Part shown: in pieces, positions 56,160 through 64,000 of the stretch | Numbering within the stretch: the first letter of the stretch is position 1 | Layout: every line of letters starts with the position of its first letter | Assembly: GCA_964450885.1 (NCBI GenBank) | Contig: CAYVFE010000001.1 | Location: 160,489-224,488 of the forward strand | Reading direction: 5' to 3' | DNA from: an uncultured Gammaproteobacteria bacterium | GTDB lineage: Bacteria > Patescibacteriota > Microgenomatia > Levybacterales > GWA1-39-11 | DNA length: 64,000 nt | Notes under the pieces: model-generated | What the model saw: the letters and a program-made list of their open reading frames with translations, nothing else | What the model was told of the DNA's origin: nothing | The model's database searches: none | Position numbers and translations under genes: made by a program

Positions 56160-56429
56160 ATGCCACTTACAACGACAGAAAAACAAGAAATAATAAAAAG
56201 CTACGCAGTAGGCGATGGCGATACCGGGAGTCCTGAGGTTCAGATTGCACTTCTGACTAACCAAGTCCAAAAGCTTACCGACCACCTAAAACTACATCAC
56301 AAAGATGTTCATAGTAGAAAAGGACTTCTAAATATGTTATCAAAGAGAAGAAGGTTATTTACCTTCCTTGATAAAGTGGATAAGAAACGTGCCGAAATTA
56401 TCGCTGATAAAGTCGGCATGAAAAAGTAA
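56160..56429 (+). CDS. rpsO: 30S ribosomal protein S15
   Basis: DTGSPEVQIALLT, HLK.H.KD.HSRKGLL. Confidence 0.98.
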   Translation: MPLTTTEKQEIIKSYAVGDGDTGSPEVQIALLTNQVQKLTDHLKLHHKDVHSRKGLLNMLSKRRRLFTFLDKVDKKRAEIIADKVGMKK

Positions 56430-56437
56430 GGAACTGA

Positions 56438-58777
56438 ATGAAAAAAACCTCTAAGACGTTTGATATTGATGGTAAGACTATTACCCTCGAAACAGGTACA
56501 CTAGCACAACTCGCAACGAGTAGCGTTATGGCTCGTATGGGTGACACAATCGTTCTTGCGAATGTCACTATGGGAAGATCCGACACCACCCTCGACTACT
56601 TCCCTCTTTCGGTTGATTATGCAGAAAGGCTTTACGCTGGGGGAAAGATAAAAGGTTCCCGATGGGTAAAGCGCGAAGGCAGACCGACAGATGAAGCAGT
56701 ACTTACCGGAAGACTTATTGATCGTTCTATTCGACCTCTATTTCCTAAAGAGCTTAAAAAAGATGTTCAGGTAATTGTAAACGTTTTATCGGTTGACGGT
56801 GTAAACGATCCGGATATTCTAGCTATTAACGCAGTGTCGGCAGCTCTTGCTATCTCAAAAATCCCTTGGAATGGTCCAGTTGGAGCAGTTCGGGTAGGAG
56901 TCGCAAAAGCAGATTCGCAAAATACACTTTTGGTAAATCCTGACGCGACTGTCGAGCTAAATCTTGACCTGGTTCTTACCGCCAGCAAAACCGGACACAC
57001 TCTTATGGTTGAAGCTGGTGCAAGCGAGATCCCCGAGGAAATCGCACTAAAAGGAGTAACCCTGGCTCGTGAATGGGGAGTAAAGATAATCGAATTCGTA
57101 AATGAGGTTGTAAAGGAAGTTGGAGAAGAAAAAATAGAAGTTGTAGCAGATAGTGCAAAGGATGAGTATGTTGCTTTAGTCGAGAAAAGTTACAAGAAAA
57201 ATATTGTTGACGTTTTGGAAGGAGATCTTGGAGAGAATGTAAGTGGAGATCTAGGAAAAATTGCAGATGTTATCGCAGAGGAGGAGTCCAAAAAACTTAA
57301 AGAGGGTGATGAGGCGCCAAATAAAAAGAAGATATTTGAAGCAGTAGACTATGTATTCAAGAAAATTATCCGAGAAAATATAGTAGAAAAAGAAAAAAGA
57401 TTTGACGGCCGAAAGATCGACGAGCTTCGCGAAATTACATCTCAAGTGAGCTTTTTGCCCCGTGTACACGGTTCGGGATTATTCTCTCGAGGACAGACTC
57501 AAGTTCTATCTATCGCAACACTTGCAGCATCTTCATTTAGCCAGCTTATAGAAACCCTCGAGGGCGAAGAGACGAAAAGGTATATGCATCATTATTCTTT
57601 CCCACCTTATTCTGTAGGTGAAACTGGAAGAATCGGAAGTCCAAATAGACGCGAAATAGGCCACGGTGCGCTTGCTGAGCGTGCTCTAGAGGCAGTACTC
57701 CCTAGTATTGAAGAATTTCCATATGCGATAAGGATTGTGTCTGAGGTTATGAGCTCAAACGGCTCTACATCTATGGCATCTGCTTGTGGATCGACTCTAG
57801 CCCTCATGGACGCTGGAGTGCCTATTAAAGCTCCAGTTGCTGGAATTGCGATAGGTCTTATGACTCTTGGTGACAAGTATAAAATCTTGACAGACATAAT
57901 CGGTCTTGAGGATTTTGCCGGAGATATGGATTTTAAAGTAGCAGGTACGAGGTCAGGAATAACTGCGATACAGCTTGACGTCAAAAAAGACGCATTAACC
58001 GATGAGATGGTTGCAGAGGTCTTTGAGCGCGCTAAAAAGGCACGCCTTGAAATCCTTGAAGTTATGGAGAAGTCTCTTCCGGAATCAAGAAAAGAAGTCA
58101 GTGCGTTTGCTCCAAAGATAAAGATGATAAAGATCGATCCTGAGAAAATTGGTGGACTTATAGGTCCTGGAGGAAAGATGATAAAAAATATTATCGCGAC
58201 GACTGGTGCACAGGTAGATGTTGAGGACGACGGATCGGTAAGTATTTCTGCAGTAGAAGAGGAAGCGGTAAATAAAGCAGTCGAATGGATAGAGGGGCTT
58301 ACTCACGAAGTAAAGCCTGGGGAGGAATACGAGGGAACCGTAAAGCGGATGATGGGATTTGGAGCATTCGTGGAGATACTTCCTGGTAAAGAAGGACTGG
58401 TTCATGTATCTGAAATGTCTACTGACTACGTAGAATCGCCTGAGGATGTAGTGTCTCTTGATCAAAAAGTTAGGGTTCGTGTAAAAGAGATTGACGATCA
58501 GGGTAGGATAAATCTTTCGATGAAATTTGGAGAGGATGCTGATAAGCCTTCCAAAAGGCCTGAAGGTATGGGTGGATCTGGTCCACGCAGGGATAATCGC
58601 AGCGGGGGCTCTAGATCATTTGAAAGATCTTCGGGTTCACGTGATGACAGGCGAGGAGGGCGTTCCTTTGGAGGATCTTCATCGGGACCTAGGCGTGGTT
58701 TTGGCGGAGGACGCGGTAGATCACAAGGTAAAGAAAAACAATACGAAGGCGGACGCCGCGACGATTGGAATAGATAA
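56438..58777 (+). CDS. pnp: Polyribonucleotide nucleotidyltransferase (PNPase)
   Basis: RLIDRSIRPLF, FSRGQTQ, RREIGHG, SNGSTSMAS, GDMDFKVAG, KH and S1 domains, RGG-rich tail. Confidence 0.98.
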   Translation: MKKTSKTFDIDGKTITLETGTLAQLATSSVMARMGDTIVLANVTMGRSDTTLDYFPLSVDYAERLYAGGKIKGSRWVKREGRPTDEAVLTGRLIDRSIRPLFPKELKKDVQVIVNVLSVDGVNDPDILAINAVSAALAISKIPWNGPVGAVRVGVAKADSQNTLLVNPDATVELNLDLVLTASKTGHTLMVEAGASEIPEEIALKGVTLAREWGVKIIEFVNEVVKEVGEEKIEVVADSAKDEYVALVEKSYKKNIVDVLEGDLGENVSGDLGKIADVIAEEESKKLKEGDEAPNKKKIFEAVDYVFKKIIRENIVEKEKRFDGRKIDELREITSQVSFLPRVHGSGLFSRGQTQVLSIATLAASSFSQLIETLEGEETKRYMHHYSFPPYSVGETGRIGSPNRREIGHGALAERALEAVLPSIEEFPYAIRIVSEVMSSNGSTSMASACGSTLALMDAGVPIKAPVAGIAIGLMTLGDKYKILTDIIGLEDFAGDMDFKVAGTRSGITAIQLDVKKDALTDEMVAEVFERAKKARLEILEVMEKSLPESRKEVSAFAPKIKMIKIDPEKIGGLIGPGGKMIKNIIATTGAQVDVEDDGSVSISAVEEEAVNKAVEWIEGLTHEVKPGEEYEGTVKRMMGFGAFVEILPGKEGLVHVSEMSTDYVESPEDVVSLDQKVRVRVKEIDDQGRINLSMKFGEDADKPSKRPEGMGGSGPRRDNRSGGSRSFERSSGSRDDRRGGRSFGGSSSGPRRGFGGGRGRSQGKEKQYEGGRRDDWNR

Positions 58778-58846
58778 ATCTTCAACTAGTTTAATTTTCA
58801 GCGATTTTATTTGTTAGCACCCTTTGGTTAGTGCTATACTTTTTTT

Positions 58847-59989
58847 ATGGATCAAAGACCAAGTAGTGACCCGAGTGGTCAAAATTCAACTAATAATCCG
58901 GATCAGAATACAGTTCAAAATCAAACTGAGGATGTATCACCTCATTTACAAATCCAGAAGCTTGAGGACAAGATAAAAGCAGCAAATCTACCCGAAGAAC
59001 TTCATTCAAATGTAATGTCGATGGTTGGGCGTTTGAGATTGATTGAGAAAGAGAATAATTTTTTTGCAGAATATGATACGCTTTCACGTTATATTAACTG
59101 GGTAGTTGTTCTTCCATGGACGAATTCCTCACAGGATATTCTGGATCTAAATCATGCACAGCAGATTTTCGACAAAAATCATCATGGACTACAAGAGGTA
59201 AAAGAAAAAATACTTGAGTACCTGTCCATTATGATTCTAACAAGAAGTAGACTCGAAAAAGATGCGATAATCCGTGCTCCGATTCTCTCCCTGGTGGGTC
59301 TTGTGGGAACAGGTAAGACGACTATCGCGCGTTCTATCGCCGAGGCTTTAGGGAGAAAATTTGTACGTATCCCATTTGGAGGTATGGGAAATGCAGCTCA
59401 GCTCAGAGGTAAAACGCGTATGTCGCCTGATTCTGAGCCTGGTATGGTGATAAAAGCACTGCGTCAGGCAGGAACGAATAATCCAGTCATACTTCTTGAT
59501 GAGATTGACCGTGTGAGTGCTGAGGCAAGGGCTGATATAATGGGAGTTTTGATTGAACTTTTGGATCCAGAGCAGAATCAGCATTTTTCAGATCACTTTA
59601 TAGACTATCCATTTGATCTTTCAAATGTCCTTTTTATCGCAACATCAAACAACACGAAAGACATCTCAACTGCTGTTGTCGATCGTATGCAGATAATACA
59701 AATGCCCTCATATAGCGATGATGAGAAGATTTATATCGCAAAAAACTATATTTTTCCTGAGGTATTGCGTGAATCAGGATTAAGGCCCGAAGAGTTGGCG
59801 ATTGCGGATGATGTCTGGGGAGAAATCGTAAGACCCTTAGGGTACGATTCAGGTATCAGGTCGCTAAAAAGGGCGGTACAGGGACTCGTCCGGAAGGTTG
59901 TACATTATTATTTAACTGGTAAAATAGTTCAAGGCAAGCAATTCATGATCACTAGCCAAAATCTGCCAAATTTTGTTTCGCAATGGTAA
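58847..59989 (+). CDS. Lon-type AAA+ ATPase module lacking the protease domain
   Basis: Y..W...LPW, HHGL.EVKEKILEYL, GLVGTGKT, NPVILLDEIDRV, LLDPEQN..F.DHF, GIRSL.R; stops before any Ser-Lys protease domain. Confidence 0.85.
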   Translation: MDQRPSSDPSGQNSTNNPDQNTVQNQTEDVSPHLQIQKLEDKIKAANLPEELHSNVMSMVGRLRLIEKENNFFAEYDTLSRYINWVVVLPWTNSSQDILDLNHAQQIFDKNHHGLQEVKEKILEYLSIMILTRSRLEKDAIIRAPILSLVGLVGTGKTTIARSIAEALGRKFVRIPFGGMGNAAQLRGKTRMSPDSEPGMVIKALRQAGTNNPVILLDEIDRVSAEARADIMGVLIELLDPEQNQHFSDHFIDYPFDLSNVLFIATSNNTKDISTAVVDRMQIIQMPSYSDDEKIYIAKNYIFPEVLRESGLRPEELAIADDVWGEIVRPLGYDSGIRSLKRAVQGLVRKVVHYYLTGKIVQGKQFMITSQNLPNFVSQW

Positions 59990-61689
59990 ATTCAGTCACA
60001 AATACAAATATACAAGTCAGTAAAAATAGTTCTGGTCTAACGTTCATTTCTCTCGGAGGTATAGGAGTCGTTACCCGTAATATGCATCTTTATATGGTCG
60101 ATGACGAGATACTTATTGTCGATTGTGGGATAGGTTTTCCGGACCAGACGACCGTGACTGGAGTTGATTTTTTGATTCCAGATATAACTTATCTAAAAAA
60201 ACTCGTAGATGAAGGGAAAAAAATTGTAGGAATGATTCTTTCCCACGGTCACGAGGATCATATAGGTGCTGTTCCATTTATCCTTGATCAACTCCCTCAG
60301 TTTCCCATCTATGGATCCAAATTTACATCAGCGCTCACAAATGTAAAACTAAAAGACTTTGCTTTAAACAAGAGAGTCGATGAACTGGATTTTAACAAAG
60401 AGGTAAATCTTGGGAAATTTACCTTCAAGCTTATCCGCGTAACGCATTCTGTTCCTGATACATCTCACATTTTTATAAAGACTCCAGCTGGGAATTATTA
60501 CCATGGGTGTGACTATAAATTTGATCTTGCTCCTGTTGATAAAAAACCATCAGATCTTCAGGCGATCGTCGCAGCTGGAAATGAAGGTATCACAGCACTA
60601 TTTTCTGATTGTTTAGGGTCTGAGAGGGAGGGTCATTCAGAGTCAGAGAGTAAGATAACAGGAAATTTCGAAGATGAATTCAGACGCGCAAAAGGAAAAG
60701 TCTTTATAACGACCTACTCCTCGAATGTTGCCAGAATGAATCAAGCGATTGAGGCTGCGATAAAATTCAATAGGAAAATTTGCTTCATGGGCCGTTCATT
60801 TCTTAAGGTTAGGGATCTTGCACGCCAACTTGGATATCTTAATTGTCCGGAGAAGTGGGAGATAAAGCCGGACAGGGTTGCCAGCATGAATCCTAAAGAA
60901 GTGATGATTCTTCTCCCCGGTAGTCAGGCTCAGGAAGAGTCGGCTCTCGTTCGTGTTGCAACTGATTCAAATCGATATGGAATTAGGGTAGACAAAAACG
61001 ATACGGTAATTTTTTCTGCTGATCCAATCCCGGGGAATGAAGTCTCCATCTACGCGCTTTTAGATGTGCTTTCCCAAAAGGGAGCGAGGATTATTTATTC
61101 AGATATTGCAAATGATTTTCATGTATCAGGACATGGTAATCAGAATGATATAAAGCTTTTGACGTCGCTTTTGAAGCCAAAATTTGTAATTCCGATAAGC
61201 GGAAACTACCGACATATGAATGCATATAACAGAATAATGCGCGAACTTAACTATGATGACAGGAATGTAATTCTAATCGAAAGCGGACAGGAGGTTTCAT
61301 TTTCGGGAAGTGTATATAGGGTCGGGAAAAAGCAGGATCTAAAGACTGTCTATGTAGATGAATTTACGGGAGAGGAAATGGAGCATTTTGTGCTTCGTGA
61401 TCGTCAGAAGATAGCAAAAGAAGGGGTTATGATAATTCTCGCGGAGGTTGATACTAATAACGGAAAGTTAGTTGCTCCACCCGATATTATCGCCCGAGGG
61501 TTTTTATATCCGGAGAAAGAGGAATTCACGAAAAAACTCGAAGGAGAATTTACTAAGTTTTTGTCGGAGAAAAAGGGTAAAGCTACAAATTGGACGTATT
61601 ATAGAAAAGTTATACAGAGAAGCGCTGAGAAACTACTTGTGCGAGAGAAGCGAGAGCCGATGGTGATCCCCATAATTGTTGAGGTTTGA
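59983..61689 (+). CDS. rnj: Ribonuclease J
   Basis: LGG.G....NM, SHGHEDHIGA, THSVPD, IPGNE, HVSGH. Confidence 0.95.
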   Translation: MVNSVTNTNIQVSKNSSGLTFISLGGIGVVTRNMHLYMVDDEILIVDCGIGFPDQTTVTGVDFLIPDITYLKKLVDEGKKIVGMILSHGHEDHIGAVPFILDQLPQFPIYGSKFTSALTNVKLKDFALNKRVDELDFNKEVNLGKFTFKLIRVTHSVPDTSHIFIKTPAGNYYHGCDYKFDLAPVDKKPSDLQAIVAAGNEGITALFSDCLGSEREGHSESESKITGNFEDEFRRAKGKVFITTYSSNVARMNQAIEAAIKFNRKICFMGRSFLKVRDLARQLGYLNCPEKWEIKPDRVASMNPKEVMILLPGSQAQEESALVRVATDSNRYGIRVDKNDTVIFSADPIPGNEVSIYALLDVLSQKGARIIYSDIANDFHVSGHGNQNDIKLLTSLLKPKFVIPISGNYRHMNAYNRIMRELNYDDRNVILIESGQEVSFSGSVYRVGKKQDLKTVYVDEFTGEEMEHFVLRDRQKIAKEGVMIILAEVDTNNGKLVAPPDIIARGFLYPEKEEFTKKLEGEFTKFLSEKKGKATNWTYYRKVIQRSAEKLLVREKREPMVIPIIVEV

Positions 61690-61728
61690 TAAACGATATA
61701 ATATGCCAAATGGTGTATAATTTTTTGT

Positions 61729-63891
61729 ATGCCTAAAAGACGAAAGCGAAAATCTTATAAGAAGAAAAGTTCACTTAAATTAAAGAAAGATACGATATAC
61801 ACACTTTCTGCTATCGGACTTTTTTTCGTTGCGGCATTGTTATTTCTTTCTTATACGCGAAACGGTGACGTGTTAGACAGCCTATATATAACACTAAGCG
61901 ATTATTTCGGATTTTTCGCATTTTTGGTTCCACTCAATTTGATATTTTTCGCATTTTATCTAAGCCGTACAAAGTTTGCTCTATCTCGCGCAAATGTTTT
62001 TGTCGGTTTTCTCCTTTTCTCGATAGCTCTTGTTAGTCTTTTCCGGACGGGGATGGTCGGAAATGACATATTTTTCTATTCTGAGGAGTTTTTGGGTGGA
62101 ATAGTTACCCTGCTCCTTTTTTCTGCGATGGCATTTGTTGGATTTGTTGTTCTTATGAATCTTTCATTTAGGGAAGTATTTTCGTTCGTGGGCGAAAGTG
62201 CAGCAAGTGGAGCAAAATCTATTTCATCAAGCATAGTTCCACTTCTTAAGACGAAAGATAAGTTAGTGCACGATATAAAGCAACCGATTGCTATCCGCGG
62301 GATCAATGAGCCCAAAATTCAAGAGGCAGAGATCGCTCCAGCGGATAAACCTCTCCCTCCGCCACCTACATCTAAAAAACCAAGCGAGTTTCCGGATGAC
62401 GTAGTAGTAAATCCACTTTCTGACATAGGGGTGTGGGAATCACCTCCGCATTCTCTCCTTACGCAAGCTCCAGAAAAAAGACGGGATAGTGGTGATGTCA
62501 AAAAAATAGCTGCGGTGATTGAGGATACTCTGCAGAATTTTGGAATAAAGGCGCAAGTTGTTGAGATAAACGTAGGGCCTTCTGTTACGCAATATGCGAT
62601 AAAAATACCCTTGGGAACAAAACTTACCAAAATTACGACTCTTGCAAATGATTTGGCATTGACTACAGAAGCGCCCACTGGTCAAATTAGGATCGAGGCG
62701 CCGATCCCTGGAAGATCTCTTGTCGGAATAGAAATCCCAAATAAGACACTGCAATTTGTGGGGCTTCGCGAGATGCTCGAGTCGAAAGTGATGCAGCAGT
62801 CCAAATCCAAGCTCTCAGTTCCGCTTGGGCTTAATGTTTCGGGACAGCCGGTGGTCGCTGATATATCTAGAATGCCTCACGTACTTATAGCAGGTACTAC
62901 CGGTTCTGGAAAATCAGTTATGGTCAATACGATTATTTCGTCTATCCTATTTAGTGCTTCACCAAATGAAGTGCGATTTATCATGATTGATCCTAAAAGG
63001 GTTGAGCTTACTGGGTATAACGATATCCCACACCTTTTGTCGCCCGTAGTAGTTGATGCTGACAAGTCGGTTTCTGCTCTTAAATGGGCACTCAAAGAGA
63101 TGGATAAGCGTTATTCGAAATTTGCCGAGGCAGGAGTTAAGAATATCGATGGTTATAATGAACTCTCAGGATTTCAAGCAATTCCCTATATCGTTATCGT
63201 GATGGATGAGCTCGCTGATCTTATGGCACTTGCTCCTGTTGATGTGGAGGATTGCATAGCCCGTCTCGCGCAAATGGCAAGAGCTACGGGTATCCATCTG
63301 GTGCTTGCTACGCAACGTCCATCCGTAGATGTTATAACAGGACTTATAAAGGCTAATATTCCGTGCAGGATAGCATTTAATGTATCATCCGGAGTTGATA
63401 GTAAGGTAATCATCGATACTCCTGGAGCTGAGAAGCTTTTGGGTCGTGGAGACATGCTTTATGTTCCGCCAGATCAAGCGAAGCCTACGAGGATTCAAGG
63501 TACATTTGTATCGGATCAAGACGTAAAAAGACTGGTGAATTATATTAAATCAAAAGGAATTCCAGTTCAGTATACAAGTGAGGTGGTAGAGCAGGCTGTA
63601 AATATAAAGGGACGCGGTGGGACGGTGGTATCGGGTGGTGGAGGAGATGAGAAAGATGATCTATTCGAGGATGCGATAACACTTATTTGCCAGCATGATA
63701 AAGCGTCAGCCTCACTTCTCCAAAGGAGATTTAAGATAGGATTTAACCGAGCAGCAAGATTACTTGAACAACTTGAAGAACATGGAGTAGTAGGTCCTGG
63801 AGAGGGCGCTAAGCCAAGAGAAGTTCTGGTCAGAAGTGTCGAAGATTATTATGCCCGTTCTGGTCAGCAGCCAGAAAGTTCCGAAGTATAA
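61729..63891 (+). CDS. ftsK: DNA translocase FtsK/SpoIIIE
   Basis: 4-TM N-terminus, PHVLIAGTTGSGKSV, DELADLM, ATQRPSVDVITG, gamma domain SASLLQRR..IGFNRAARL. Confidence 0.97.
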   Translation: MPKRRKRKSYKKKSSLKLKKDTIYTLSAIGLFFVAALLFLSYTRNGDVLDSLYITLSDYFGFFAFLVPLNLIFFAFYLSRTKFALSRANVFVGFLLFSIALVSLFRTGMVGNDIFFYSEEFLGGIVTLLLFSAMAFVGFVVLMNLSFREVFSFVGESAASGAKSISSSIVPLLKTKDKLVHDIKQPIAIRGINEPKIQEAEIAPADKPLPPPPTSKKPSEFPDDVVVNPLSDIGVWESPPHSLLTQAPEKRRDSGDVKKIAAVIEDTLQNFGIKAQVVEINVGPSVTQYAIKIPLGTKLTKITTLANDLALTTEAPTGQIRIEAPIPGRSLVGIEIPNKTLQFVGLREMLESKVMQQSKSKLSVPLGLNVSGQPVVADISRMPHVLIAGTTGSGKSVMVNTIISSILFSASPNEVRFIMIDPKRVELTGYNDIPHLLSPVVVDADKSVSALKWALKEMDKRYSKFAEAGVKNIDGYNELSGFQAIPYIVIVMDELADLMALAPVDVEDCIARLAQMARATGIHLVLATQRPSVDVITGLIKANIPCRIAFNVSSGVDSKVIIDTPGAEKLLGRGDMLYVPPDQAKPTRIQGTFVSDQDVKRLVNYIKSKGIPVQYTSEVVEQAVNIKGRGGTVVSGGGGDEKDDLFEDAITLICQHDKASASLLQRRFKIGFNRAARLLEQLEEHGVVGPGEGAKPREVLVRSVEDYYARSGQQPESSEV

Positions 63892-63897
63892 ATCCTC

Positions 63898-64000
63898 ATG
63901 AGAACTGTAAATCAAATTCTGCGCGAAGAGCGTTTAAAACAGGGTCAATCCATACATACTGTCGAGAGAAAGACAAAGATAAAGAAAAAATTTCTTGAAG
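63898..64000 (+). CDS. RodZ-like helix-turn-helix protein, 5' fragment (runs off the window)
   Basis: ATG 63898 gives MRTVNQILREERLKQGQSIHTVERKTKIKKKFLE; typical position after ftsK. Confidence 0.7.
   Translation, partial: MRTVNQILREERLKQGQSIHTVERKTKIKKKFLE

Noticed and set aside
58847-59989. Calling the Lon-like gene a frameshifted pseudogene
   Set aside because: No protease-domain remnant follows, rnj begins immediately, and the Walker motifs are intact; kept as a CDS pending comparison.

Overview
Chromosomal window from an AT-rich bacterium using the standard genetic code. Gene content and style point to Patescibacteria/CPR, probably Microgenomates (inference, not a computed placement). 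Evidence: shortened HrcA and IF2, protease-less Lon, membrane-anchored Clp ATPase, VirB2/VirB6-like genes, and cohesin, PEGA and sortase surface proteins. From left to right: 3' end of lepA; a cohesin/PKD surface protein; groES-groEL; tatD plus a lipid-linked glycosylation cluster; hsp20; metG; hrcA-grpE-dnaK; a pilin / VirB6-like / Clp-ATPase / M4-M28 protease block; dnaJ; a second, membrane-anchored Clp ATPase; a D-2-hydroxyacid dehydrogenase; a polyprenyl synthase; RND and MacAB-type exporters; tgt; an accessory locus at 44.7-52.3 kb; then nusA-infB-DHH-like-rpsO-pnp-Lon-like-rnj-ftsK-rodZ-like. I saw no rRNA, tRNA, CRISPR array or mobile element. The best candidate for an undescribed system is the 44.7-52.3 kb locus. 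It holds four secreted paralogues built from one ~75-90 aa Asn/Thr/Gly-rich, Cys-pair-linked repeat, one of them with an LPITG sorting signal, plus a sortase, an Ig-like membrane protein and a DUF2292/YezD-like mini-protein. Three of its promoters are followed by a leader terminator, and one leader is a clear two-state hairpin switch. Also notable are apparently widespread leaderless transcription and a redistributed CIRCE/HrcA regulon.
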